A DNA stretch of 64,000 bases, taken from sequence record OZ240615.1; one strand, written 5' to 3'. The first letter of the stretch is position 1, and every line of letters starts with the position of its first letter. Below the pieces are notes generated by a model. That model ran no database searches and was not told where the DNA came from. It saw only the letters and a list, made by a program, of their open reading frames with translations. The translations under genes were made by a program, and so were the position numbers. This document shows, piece by piece, positions 18,209-26,939 of the stretch.

Positions 18209-18232
18209 ACAGGGTCGATACGACCCTGTTTC
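18206..18232. terminator. Hairpin between convergent genes, probable terminator
   Basis: gaaacagggtcg-ata-cgaccctgtttc. Confidence 0.75.
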
Positions 18233-18243
18233 CGTTTGTGCTA

Positions 18244-19635
18244 CTAACCCACTTTTTTCATAGTAGAATAACTGACCGCTTCCACGGGTTTAGTGACATC
18301 ATATTCCCGTAAGGCAATTTCAAAGGTCTCAGGGCTATGTTTATTTAACATGAACAACGCCTGTACTGAGGCACCCGGTAAAGGCGGGAAAGGAACTGGA
18401 CTACGGGGTTCTGCATCAGGAAACGCCATTTTGAAGAAGCGACGAATCTCTTTGTCCCCCAGAACTTCAACCTCTACACGAATGTCAATTCTACCGTCCC
18501 TTAGAATTGCATCGTCCAGTTTCTCAGGGTGATTCGTGGTCAAGAACACAATGACATCATTCAGACGCATTACGCCATCTAGTGCGTTGAGAAAATCAGA
18601 TAAACTCCCATTCAGGTATTCGTCCATTGCCTTGTCGTCTGATTTCGTTTCTTCCAATGTCCCCGGTACCCCGTGAGGCATTTCGATAACATTCAACCCA
18701 GACGACTCTTTTTCCTTTTCTTTTAATTCAACTATTGTCTTTTCTTTACTGCGTGCTTTCGTAAAAGAGTAAGTATCAATATCCTCGATGATGACAACAC
18801 CACCCGCCGCGCGCTGGAATAATGCCTGATACTGTAATCCGCCACTCGGTTTAAGGGTATGAATGTTACGACCTAAAGCTCCGGCCAGTGCGGAAATAAG
18901 ACTGCTCTTACCAGTACCAGGCAGCCCATAGAGCAATACTGTAAATTTATAAGGTAATCCCCGCGAATGGTACCACTCTTTACTCCGACTAAATTCAAAG
19001 ACGGGTTCAATCAATCCTTTTTGTACATTATCAGTAACAACAATAGTATCCAGGCTCCGCTTAGGGAGACGACAGAGGTATTCCCAGTTGGCGGTATTGT
19101 TGACAAACGCACCGACTGTGTTTTTGGTGTCGCTTTTCACCATGAACGCATCCATCAGTTCGAGTATCGCCTTATGGCTCCGCCCAAACTTACTGATACT
19201 CAACCGATATTTAGAAGCATTAGACGCATTGGCGTCTATTTCAATGATTTTAAATACAAAGAGCGTACCGCGATAGAAAAAGAAATGAGAACCCACACCC
19301 GGACCTACCGCGCCGTCCGTCCCACTACTTTCCCCATCGATAGTAATCGTTCTGCTCCAGTGAAACCAACTGTTCAATGAGAACCAATTAAGGAAAGCAG
19401 TGTACTGCTCTGAGTTATAGTTAGTCCAGTTGGTGCTGGCAGTATTGAAAATCAAACTGGTAACGAATTGCCTTTTAACCCACTGAATCACCGCTTTGGG
19501 GGTTTTGATTAAACCCCAACCGATTGCGCCTGAGACAGCCAAAGAACTCGCAGTAACAATCGCGTTCTGTGCCATGGGGTAATCTTTAAAGTTAGACAAT
19601 ATATGGTCGTAAAACGACATTAGCTGTTCAAGCAT
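18244..19635 (-). CDS. BCS1-like membrane AAA+ ATPase
   Basis: N-terminal TM segment; EWYHSRGLPYKFTVLLYGLPGTGKSS (Walker A), VVIIEDID (Walker B), LSDFLNALDG, TTNHPEKLDDAILRDGRID (SRH). Confidence 0.9.
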   Translation of the reverse strand: MLEQLMSFYDHILSNFKDYPMAQNAIVTASSLAVSGAIGWGLIKTPKAVIQWVKRQFVTSLIFNTASTNWTNYNSEQYTAFLNWFSLNSWFHWSRTITIDGESSGTDGAVGPGVGSHFFFYRGTLFVFKIIEIDANASNASKYRLSISKFGRSHKAILELMDAFMVKSDTKNTVGAFVNNTANWEYLCRLPKRSLDTIVVTDNVQKGLIEPVFEFSRSKEWYHSRGLPYKFTVLLYGLPGTGKSSLISALAGALGRNIHTLKPSGGLQYQALFQRAAGGVVIIEDIDTYSFTKARSKEKTIVELKEKEKESSGLNVIEMPHGVPGTLEETKSDDKAMDEYLNGSLSDFLNALDGVMRLNDVIVFLTTNHPEKLDDAILRDGRIDIRVEVEVLGDKEIRRFFKMAFPDAEPRSPVPFPPLPGASVQALFMLNKHSPETFEIALREYDVTKPVEAVSYSTMKKVG

Positions 19636-19701
19636 TGATAATCTCCGTTACACTGGTCTGGTCGTAGCATAAGGTTACATTCCGCCGTAAAAAGCAAAAA
19701 A

Positions 19702-19729
19702 AAAAGAGGAGGGAAACCCCTCCTCTTTT
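19702..19729 (-). terminator. Intrinsic terminator
   Basis: aaaagaggaggg-aaac-ccctcctctttt with long T-tract. Confidence 0.85.
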
Positions 19730-19732
19730 AGC

Positions 19733-19897
19733 TTATTCTAAATCGTTGAGTTCCTGACGCACGATCTTTTTATTGATACGACGCTCGGCGCGGTGAGTGA
19801 GCAACTTGGAGTACGGTCCCGGAATAGTCGGATTACCTGGGCGCGCGCTCCAATATTCTTGGCTCTGAGCCTTACTGCCGCGTTTGGTTCTTGCCAT
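19733..19897 (-). CDS. Small basic phage protein (54 aa: MARTKRGSKAQSQEYWSARPG...LTHRAERRINK...)
   Basis: Missing from the ORF track; GAGGA RBS; stop abuts the terminator; EYWS.RP and THR.ERR recall a phage small-protein family. Confidence 0.75.
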   Translation of the reverse strand: MARTKRGSKAQSQEYWSARPGNPTIPGPYSKLLTHRAERRINKKIVRQELNDLE

Positions 19898-19956
19898 CTT
19901 TTGAGTCCTCGAGTTGAAGTATGTAATCGAGGACGGACTTGAAAGTAATGCATAGC

Positions 19957-20340
19957 TTACCCCGCTGTAAATATTAAGAGTTTCTGATCGAAGTCAAAGT
20001 CTTGATGCCGAGCCATCAAAAAAGTTGAGAGTCCTTCATAGTCGTTCCATCGATCGTCGTTCTGTTCATTGCTACACGCAATAATTTCAGAAACAATCAT
20101 TGGGATATCTTCCTTACTAACAACCCACGGACCCAGTTCGTCGTTAGGGCAGATATTAACCCGTGCCATAATTTCAACTAGTGTACGCTGATTCTTCCAC
20201 GTCGCTAGCCTTTTAGGTGCCACCGCGTCGTCATCGAAAACTTCGTCGTATTCAAGTGTTTTCCCTACACCATCTTCGCCTGTAACCGGTTCCGGTACAG
20301 TCTCTTTATCGACCGAATAAAACGTGAGATAAAAGCCCAT
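19957..20340 (-). CDS. Hypothetical protein
   Basis: 127 aa ORF. Confidence 0.8.
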   Translation of the reverse strand: MGFYLTFYSVDKETVPEPVTGEDGVGKTLEYDEVFDDDAVAPKRLATWKNQRTLVEIMARVNICPNDELGPWVVSKEDIPMIVSEIIACSNEQNDDRWNDYEGLSTFLMARHQDFDFDQKLLIFTAG

Positions 20341-20706
20341 CTATTCCCCTCCCCAGAAATAGGTTAAGATTGAATCAAAGTCAGCAATCTCCCAGAAAGT
20401 ATCCAATTCAAGCCACGAGTCGATAATATCTAAGGGACCTTCTTTCATCCATTTGTCCAGTAACTCCCGAATCTCTTCGCCTGTTAAAACGAAGTGTATT
20501 CCTGGACGAGGGAGATTGTATTTGGCTTGTACCAGTTTATGAAAATCTTCTGCCTGTACCCCGCTGATCCCTCTCATCGCTAACACCGGACCAAGGTGAT
20601 GGCCGTAGGTTAAATACTGACGTGTCTCTCCTGTCTCAGTCTCGTAGGTAGCGATCTTTTCAGGAATAACACGGTCACGCTGAAATTCTCTGAGCTCAAC
20701 GAACAT
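20341..20706 (-). CDS. Hypothetical protein
   Basis: 121 aa ORF. Confidence 0.8.
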   Translation of the reverse strand: MFVELREFQRDRVIPEKIATYETETGETRQYLTYGHHLGPVLAMRGISGVQAEDFHKLVQAKYNLPRPGIHFVLTGEEIRELLDKWMKEGPLDIIDSWLELDTFWEIADFDSILTYFWGGE

Positions 20707-20711
20707 AGTCT

Positions 20712-21185
20712 TTAACCCTCAAACCGATAGACGATAATTTCAAAATCAGTATCCGAAAAAGCCCGCTTGATATTTTCGCTCACGCGCTCCCAGTCACCAC
20801 CTGCTAACCCGCACCCCAATAGAGGGAAACCGACTTTTAAAACCTTCCCTTCCTTTTTCAGGATAGAGGCCATTAGTTTCAACGCCAGATAAAGAGCAGC
20901 GTAATGGGTTTTATAGTCAGGGTGCGAATGTTCGTGATGAAATTGACCGCAAAGATTGAACCCCCATTGATTCTCATTTTTAGCAGCAGTTAACTTCCCC
21001 AAACGCTTGTTGTAGGGTCGTTTATCGGAGAAGTAAGATTCCGCTAACCAAGGCAATGCTTCGAATATTTTTACAGCAATACCGCTCTTAGCGATCCCGA
21101 AGCAATTGACTTGGTGGGCTATGACGTCGACTTCCTTATTAAGAAAAGCGTCAATCAAATCCCCTTTTATTTCAGTGTATTTCAT
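20712..21185 (-). CDS. Macrodomain protein (Poa1p/DarG-like ADP-ribosyl hydrolase)
   Basis: GDLI..IAHQVNCFG..KSGIA..NLCGQ..FPLLGCGLAGGDWERV. Confidence 0.9.
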   Translation of the reverse strand: MKYTEIKGDLIDAFLNKEVDVIAHQVNCFGIAKSGIAVKIFEALPWLAESYFSDKRPYNKRLGKLTAAKNENQWGFNLCGQFHHEHSHPDYKTHYAALYLALKLMASILKKEGKVLKVGFPLLGCGLAGGDWERVSENIKRAFSDTDFEIIVYRFEG

Positions 21186-21203
21186 AGCCCGCTCTCGCCG
21201 TGG

Positions 21204-21821
21204 TTAATTGATGATGAATTTACATTTTTCGAGGTGGTATTCTTTATCGCCAAAGCAGAGTTTCTTAACGTAATCCGGACGAGGGAGATTAACGTTCTCC
21301 GTGTAGGCGTTATGGGATACTAACGACTTGTTAACGACTTCGCCTTTGTTGTATTCAACGAGCCGACCGGGGAATTCTTGGGAAAAACCAAACCCCGAGA
21401 ATTTCAATTTTACATGCGAATGAAAAGAGAGATTTCGCCAACCTGGGAATTTCAACCCTTTCACGTGGGCGGCGATAAAACGAATCAACGCAGTGTAAAC
21501 TTTACCCAGTTCACCCGTGGTAATGACTTCGTCTTCGTTACCGAAACGGAAGATTACTTTGGAATCGTGACCATCTTTATTACGGTACCAGTCGACGACA
21601 AAACGAGAGTAGTAACCGTAGAGACCATTCTCTGGCGTACTGCGGTTACGATAAGACTGCGCCGTATCAGAGTCGTACCGGTAGCACGTATTATGCTCAA
21701 AAGGCTGACCCCGTCTGAAACCGATGAACTGCGCGAGCTGGACCGCCTGGATTAATGTCAGGTGTACGACCGTACCTAACTTGTTAGTAAGAATAAAGAT
21801 AGGACTTGAAGCTGTTTTCAT
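21204..21821 (-). CDS. Hypothetical protein
   Basis: 205 aa ORF. Confidence 0.8.
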   Translation of the reverse strand: MKTASSPIFILTNKLGTVVHLTLIQAVQLAQFIGFRRGQPFEHNTCYRYDSDTAQSYRNRSTPENGLYGYYSRFVVDWYRNKDGHDSKVIFRFGNEDEVITTGELGKVYTALIRFIAAHVKGLKFPGWRNLSFHSHVKLKFSGFGFSQEFPGRLVEYNKGEVVNKSLVSHNAYTENVNLPRPDYVKKLCFGDKEYHLEKCKFIIN

Positions 21822-21826
21822 TCGTT

Positions 21827-22189
21827 TTACTCCTTATGAAACGGATTATAATCAAAAGCAATGATCGTTTTTTCTTGCCCTTTCGGAGACCATGGCCTAA
21901 CTGAGAAATTAAATGTACCTTCGGAAGATCTCTCAACAAGTTCCTTCAAAGCAGGGGACGGTTTTATTTCGGCATAGATTCCGTCTTTCTCCCTATAGAA
22001 GTCCATCGCTATCCCTGCATATTGACTTTCATCAATAGTTAACCACCTGCGGTTAGCATCATCTGGCATAAGACGTAAAATACTAGGTGATTCAATTTCC
22101 CCAATGACTTTTCCCCGTAGCATTTCAAGGCGGCGAATAATTTCATCTTCGGTAAACCCATGAGTATCGGCTATTTTAATAGTGAGCAT
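21827..22189 (-). CDS. Hypothetical protein, possibly a degenerate prohead-protease-like fold
   Basis: GEIESP..RWLTID..FSVR loosely resembles T4 gp21-type GEL.HP..R...I...S.R. Confidence 0.6.
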   Translation of the reverse strand: MLTIKIADTHGFTEDEIIRRLEMLRGKVIGEIESPSILRLMPDDANRRWLTIDESQYAGIAMDFYREKDGIYAEIKPSPALKELVERSSEGTFNFSVRPWSPKGQEKTIIAFDYNPFHKE

Positions 22190-22201
22190 GATATTTTACC
22201 T

Positions 22202-22609
22202 TTAATTAAAATTGAACACCAATCGTTCAGCACCGGATTCTTTGAGGGTCTTTAGTTGTTCGAACCACCACTCACCAAGATGTTCCCGCCAACTCGCCGT
22301 TACGCCTTCTCCTTCAGGAAGAGTACCTCTTCCACTATCTCTACGATCTTCTACGAGCATATCGTAGTCAAAGTCCAGTAACGCTTTGACATCCAAGGTA
22401 TAATTATAATCGCAATCGTAACTGATAGGTTCCCCTGCCTTTTCCCAATTATAAGGCAAAACAGGGACAGCAGAATAGTTCCTTACATCGGCGAGCCAAC
22501 CGTAAATAAAGTAGTTCTGGAAATCAAACCACTCTGCTCCTCCGGAAATAGTCTCCCATTCCCCTTCTTTGTTTTTCTTCTCAAACCGCCCATCAATATA
22601 ACTGCCCAT
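22202..22609 (-). CDS. Conserved hypothetical phage protein
   Basis: QNYFIYGWLADVRN and RLVFNFN resemble the MGCDIH..RNY.LF..LA.VRN family. Confidence 0.8.
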   Translation of the reverse strand: MGSYIDGRFEKKNKEGEWETISGGAEWFDFQNYFIYGWLADVRNYSAVPVLPYNWEKAGEPISYDCDYNYTLDVKALLDFDYDMLVEDRRDSGRGTLPEGEGVTASWREHLGEWWFEQLKTLKESGAERLVFNFN

Positions 22610-22612
22610 GAT

Positions 22613-23830
22613 CTAATCTCCGTAGTAATAACTGAAGGTGAAGGTAAACCCGTACTTGGTGTATTCCGGTGAAATATGGAAGATCTGTGCGGGTTTACTT
22701 TCCTTCATCGCGGGGATACGTTCTTTTAATGTATCTAGTGCGATGTCCACTTGGGTGTTACTTAGTTCAGAAAGAGTTATTTTCGCACAATAGGTAGCGG
22801 CGAATATATCTTTTCTATTCCAGCCGACCGCGTGAGAGACTGATTTACCGTCGTCCCAGTCTTTAACATAGTGGCGAAGTGTTTGTTCCGTAAAAGACAA
22901 GTCTAACTTCGGTACACTGACCATCTTTTCTTTAATTAATGAGACTAGTGCCCGAGTCAACGTACTTAAAGAAACCTGTTGTACTTGATCGCTGGCGCCC
23001 GAATTTAATTTTCGGATAAAATGGCCAATGAGTTGAGGGAGTTTATTGATCATTTTATTAAAAATAGTATCGTTAGGTGGTTTTACGGGAGGGAAGCAAA
23101 TTGACAATATAACTTTATCCCGATTACCCCCAATTCTTTCCACAGAGTATTCCGCGTAGAGCGAACCGTCTTCCCCGAAAGAAAGTTCAACGTCCTTTCT
23201 AACAGCTGAGGAACCTATCACATCTCGCGCGTCATCAAAAGTGATACTATAGGCTATCGGGGAAACGTTGTTATCTTTGCTCCGCCGGTAATTTGTAAGG
23301 GCACTAGTAACCGCGAGGTGCGGGGCGTTGAGGTCCTCTAGGGTAGCGACGATGTCTTTCATTTTAGTCTCCTGTTTATTACTGAGGGAATTATCGACGA
23401 AGGTAAAAATAGCTTCTATTTCTTCGACGGGATTAATAACATGACTACGGCTCATGTACGAGGTTATTAACCTATTTAGTTTTTCGATCAGTTCTTTTTC
23501 TGAGGCAACACCCACGTAACCTTTTTTCTGCCACTCAAAACGAATATCGAAATGAATAGAGTAGCGATCATTGTCAGGAAGTACTGGTCTTGTAAAATGA
23601 GTGACAGTACCGTCTTTAATTACAATATCGATACAAACCTGATCTATCGCGCCGCTAATGAATTTTGGAACACTCCAGCTATATTCTAGCTCAGGATTCG
23701 GGGTAGTGGGTTCGCAAGACAGTGTAAATTTCGGGAAAGGAGAATAACTGACATTGGCTTTAAATAAATAAAATTTACCTGCTTGAAAATCTTTAACAAT
23801 TGAATCGTTCTGACCTTTTGAATAGTTCAT
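22613..23830 (-). CDS. Hypothetical protein
   Basis: 405 aa ORF, GAGGT RBS. Confidence 0.85.
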   Translation of the reverse strand: MNYSKGQNDSIVKDFQAGKFYLFKANVSYSPFPKFTLSCEPTTPNPELEYSWSVPKFISGAIDQVCIDIVIKDGTVTHFTRPVLPDNDRYSIHFDIRFEWQKKGYVGVASEKELIEKLNRLITSYMSRSHVINPVEEIEAIFTFVDNSLSNKQETKMKDIVATLEDLNAPHLAVTSALTNYRRSKDNNVSPIAYSITFDDARDVIGSSAVRKDVELSFGEDGSLYAEYSVERIGGNRDKVILSICFPPVKPPNDTIFNKMINKLPQLIGHFIRKLNSGASDQVQQVSLSTLTRALVSLIKEKMVSVPKLDLSFTEQTLRHYVKDWDDGKSVSHAVGWNRKDIFAATYCAKITLSELSNTQVDIALDTLKERIPAMKESKPAQIFHISPEYTKYGFTFTFSYYYGD

Positions 23831-23857
23831 TTTGTCACCTCACTCTTTTACCGTAAT

Positions 23858-23883
23858 AGAGTCGGAGGAGTTCCTCCGACTCT
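23858..23883 (-). terminator. Hairpin, probable terminator
   Basis: agagtcggagg-agtt-cctccgactct. Confidence 0.7.
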
Positions 23884-23889
23884 TAGGTT

Positions 23890-24198
23890 TTATTTTGGTC
23901 TTACACGTAGTTCGAGTTTCACTTTGCCGATAGAATCATTCTCAATGGCAATACTTCGCCAGAGACCGATCTCCCCGCCATAGGCGTAAAAGTAGATCTC
24001 GCGTTCAAGAATGTCGAAGAGTCGAGTAACCGCCCTCTTCTCATCTTCGTTGAACTCAAAGCATGGATCAAGCGATTTTTCTCGATGTACCTTTACGTTT
24101 TGAACCAGTTCTACAGCATCGTTAAATTCTGTAGAAACTAGTCCGGCGTGAACGGCGTTATGTACGTAAACTACTGTCTCCAGTACACAGGTCGTCAT
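23890..24198 (-). CDS. Hypothetical protein (start reassigned to MTTCVLE)
   Basis: ATG at 24198 is TAATG-coupled to the upstream small ORF. Confidence 0.75.
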   Translation of the reverse strand: MTTCVLETVVYVHNAVHAGLVSTEFNDAVELVQNVKVHREKSLDPCFEFNEDEKRAVTRLFDILEREIYFYAYGGEIGLWRSIAIENDSIGKVKLELRVRPK

Positions 24199-24329
24199 TA
24201 GATTACTCCACCCCAAACGATCGCTGCTGCAAATAACCACCAACCCCAGCTATGGTCCCCGTGAAAGAAACCATAGCCCCCAATACCAATTAACACCAAG
24301 CTTAAAATTCCGGCCATGAAATATTTCAT
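24198..24329 (-). CDS. 43-aa two-helix membrane protein (MKYFMAGILSLVLIGIGGYGFFHGDHSWGWWLFAAAIVWGGVI)
   Basis: Missing from the ORF track; ATGA overlap with the thyA stop and TAATG overlap with the next gene. Confidence 0.75.
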   Translation of the reverse strand: MKYFMAGILSLVLIGIGGYGFFHGDHSWGWWLFAAAIVWGGVI

Positions 24330-25711
24330 ACCGACACCTCTATTTTAATCGCAGGGTGGTGTTTGTATTCCGTGAAGTTGAAATCCTCAAACGTGAGATC
24401 AAATAACCCTTTCTTCGGAATCTCCGAGTTGTAGTAATGCTCAGAACGAACAAAACATTCTACTGGTTTATACGGCTCACGAGTAAGCTGTAATTTCACT
24501 TCCTCGATCTGGTTAAGGTAGATATGGACGTTAGTCAGATTACCAACCAACTGTTTTGGCGCCATCCCCAATTCATGAGAAAACGCTAAGAGCATGAACG
24601 CGTAGAACGCCTGATTGTAAGGTTCGCCGACGGGTAAATCCACAGAACGCATTGAGTACTTCAGACTCAACCACTGCGTAGGGACATGATTCTCAGTAAG
24701 CCACTCCGCTTTACGTTCCGTCGACATCTTAGGTTGATTACAATGTTCTTCTGCGTAGCAGTCGGACATGTGGTCTTCCCAGAGATCTTGGAAATACGGA
24801 TTAGCGTTATTCGCGCACCAATCCAAACGCTCGCGCAGCGTCATCTCTTCCACGTAGAACTCCACGAGGAAATGACAGGGAGTGAGGCACGGTTTTCCGT
24901 TGATAACGTTTTCCTGCGGTGTCACCTTTACCGTCTTAGTTCGCGGTACTCCGTGACTGGCCAGAAAATCTTCGCAGTTATCGGTCTTACCGTGATCTTC
25001 CAGGCGCGGCCAGAAGATCGCATAAAGGTCCGGGCTGTGGGTTTTTAAATGTTCCCACATCTCGTCACTACTGAGAGTAACTTCTTTCGTTTCCTCTGGC
25101 ATCCAGAGCGGGTTCCATGCCGAGATGAGAATCCGGCGGGATTCAGGGTTGTTCCGCAGAAGATCTAAAACGTATCCGACTTGATCAACACCTTTCTTCT
25201 TAAGCGGATCTTCTGAGAAGTTTCGCCAGGCGCTACCATACGGCGCATTCAGATCATTTGCGTGATGTGCGATTACCGAGCGTGTACGCGGTACGTTATG
25301 CGAATCCAACCACACGTGACCCTCTTCGACTGGGCGAATAGAGATCTTCTTACTGAAGAACTCGATGTACGCATCTTCGTTGTTTTCTTCCAGCCAACGC
25401 AAGCGCTCGTAATTCTCCAACTCCACTTCCGTAGAGACGTTTTCTTTCAACCGCCACGGCGCCCAGAAATCTCCTTTCCCGTCCTCAGTGATCATCGACT
25501 CCATATGGAGCTCACCGTTAAGGATAGAACGGAACTCTCGCCAAGCCAGTTTACGAGAAACAAACTTTGTGGTGAGTAACGGGAACTCGCCTTTTGATAG
25601 ATCGTATTTTAATCTGGCATCAAAAATACCGATAGTCCCTGTCCCGGTACGATCGCCACGCACTCGCCCTGTTTCCAAAACTTCCTGGAGTAATTCAAGG
25701 TACTGTTTCAT
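24326..25711 (-). CDS. thyA: Thymidylate synthase with three large insertions
   Basis: DRTGTGT, FPLLTTK, SRRILISAWNP, catalytic PCH, MRSVD, PYN (Asn indicates dUMP specificity), H.Y.NQ; 461 aa versus about 264-320 typical. Confidence 0.95.
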   Translation of the reverse strand: MKQYLELLQEVLETGRVRGDRTGTGTIGIFDARLKYDLSKGEFPLLTTKFVSRKLAWREFRSILNGELHMESMITEDGKGDFWAPWRLKENVSTEVELENYERLRWLEENNEDAYIEFFSKKISIRPVEEGHVWLDSHNVPRTRSVIAHHANDLNAPYGSAWRNFSEDPLKKKGVDQVGYVLDLLRNNPESRRILISAWNPLWMPEETKEVTLSSDEMWEHLKTHSPDLYAIFWPRLEDHGKTDNCEDFLASHGVPRTKTVKVTPQENVINGKPCLTPCHFLVEFYVEEMTLRERLDWCANNANPYFQDLWEDHMSDCYAEEHCNQPKMSTERKAEWLTENHVPTQWLSLKYSMRSVDLPVGEPYNQAFYAFMLLAFSHELGMAPKQLVGNLTNVHIYLNQIEEVKLQLTREPYKPVECFVRSEHYYNSEIPKKGLFDLTFEDFNFTEYKHHPAIKIEVSV

Positions 25712-25941
25712 TTTTTCTCATTCTCCCCTATTTCAGTTAATTTCAACATCAAGTTATTGCGTGCGTTTAGCATGGTCTGTGTATTTTTAAAACCTATGCG
25801 CAGTTCACCACCGGAATAGAAGAGAACTTTAAAAAACGCATAATCGTTTCGGTCTTCTGGCCATGCCGGTCCAACAAACTTTATGTCGTTTAGATCGATC
25901 ATAAAACTTTGATCTTCACCATCGAGTATCGTAGTTAACAT
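25708..25941 (-). CDS. Hypothetical protein
   Basis: 77 aa, overlaps thyA start. Confidence 0.7.
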   Translation of the reverse strand: MLTTILDGEDQSFMIDLNDIKFVGPAWPEDRNDYAFFKVLFYSGGELRIGFKNTQTMLNARNNLMLKLTEIGENEKK

Positions 25942-26330
25942 TCACTTTCCTCAGTAAAGATTTTATCGATGTACGGTTTTTTATTGACCGCAACAAATTT
26001 ACCAGTAAACCACCCGTCGGAGAGACGAACAATCCTGTAATAAAACATCCGATTAAAACGCGTGCCGTTACGGCTAGTAATCAAATTTGTGATTGCCGCA
26101 GGTAGGCAAAAGGCACCCGACATGATTTTTCTATCGTACCCTTTTCCTACCCGGAACCGAAACTCATCAGTGATCGGATCTAGCTCGAAGTCGATCGATG
26201 AGTATAATTCCGGTTGTAGGTCCCGGAACCCGGCGGAGAGATAACAACTTCCGCCTGGCGTTAAGCGAAGATAGACGGTCTTTTGTTTCGGTGGCCGCTT
26301 GGGAATATTGTCGAGTTTCTCAAAAGTCAT
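25935..26330 (-). CDS. Hypothetical protein, paralog of 27493..27915 (start reassigned to MTFEKLD)
   Basis: VYLRLT..CYLS..IDFELDP..EFRFRVG..DGWFTG. Confidence 0.75.
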   Translation of the reverse strand: MTFEKLDNIPKRPPKQKTVYLRLTPGGSCYLSAGFRDLQPELYSSIDFELDPITDEFRFRVGKGYDRKIMSGAFCLPAAITNLITSRNGTRFNRMFYYRIVRLSDGWFTGKFVAVNKKPYIDKIFTEESEC

Positions 26331-26835
26331 CTGGGTTCGGTCCAAATTGGAAAGGTGGGAAGAAGTTAATAACCATTTCGACTTTTTCTTTGTCAATAAA
26401 GAACTTCCCAACTTCGTTATAGCCCGGGTCAAGGGAGTCGACGAGTCTTTCTTTAAAATACTCGCAAACCACATCGCTGTGTTTCATTTCACTGATGGCG
26501 GAGACTCTCAGTATAATTTCGCCTTCAATTTTGTTGATGTGGTAATTCACGGTGTACCCACGCAGCGCGGTGTTGATTTCTCCAACATGGAGTGTTTCGG
26601 CGTAGAAGCTAGAATAGCCAAATTGACCATCCCAGTTTTCTTTTAGAATTAGTTCGAATTTCTCCTCGATACTGCGCAGGATTTGCCTAAAATCTTTTTC
26701 AAGTTCAGGAATTACTTCTCTTTTACGCTCTTCTAATTCATCAACGTAAAGGAAAAGATCTTTAAACTTATTCCCTCCGCGAGTAGAGAGTTCTTTTCCT
26801 TTTTTCAAAAACCAAAATATTTGATCGAGTTTCAT
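26320..26835 (-). CDS. Hypothetical protein (start MKLDQIF)
   Basis: GGAGG RBS before ATG at 26835. Confidence 0.75.
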   Translation of the reverse strand: MKLDQIFWFLKKGKELSTRGGNKFKDLFLYVDELEERKREVIPELEKDFRQILRSIEEKFELILKENWDGQFGYSSFYAETLHVGEINTALRGYTVNYHINKIEGEIILRVSAISEMKHSDVVCEYFKERLVDSLDPGYNEVGKFFIDKEKVEMVINFFPPFQFGPNPDDF

Positions 26836-26878
26836 TTTTATTCCTCCGTAATTTATCAAAATAAAACAAGACGGAATA

Positions 26879-26906
26879 AAAAGAGAGGGGGATTCCCCTC
26901 TCTTTT
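26879..26906 (-). terminator. Intrinsic terminator
   Basis: aaaagagagggg-gatt-cccctctctttt. Confidence 0.85.
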
Positions 26907-26939
26907 CTATTTACCCGTGCGAGTGTTTACTTCTTAGTT

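Noticed and set aside
19738-19953. 71-aa ORF MHYFQVRP...
   Set aside because: An overlapping frame (19733..19897) has a proper RBS, a family-like motif and a stop at the terminator
24326-25711. ThyA homolog as a DNA-modifying dCMP hydroxymethylase, or its inserts as inteins
   Set aside because: Specificity residue is Asn (PYN), consistent with dUMP; inserts are about 50-60 aa and lack intein Cys/His-Asn splice motifs
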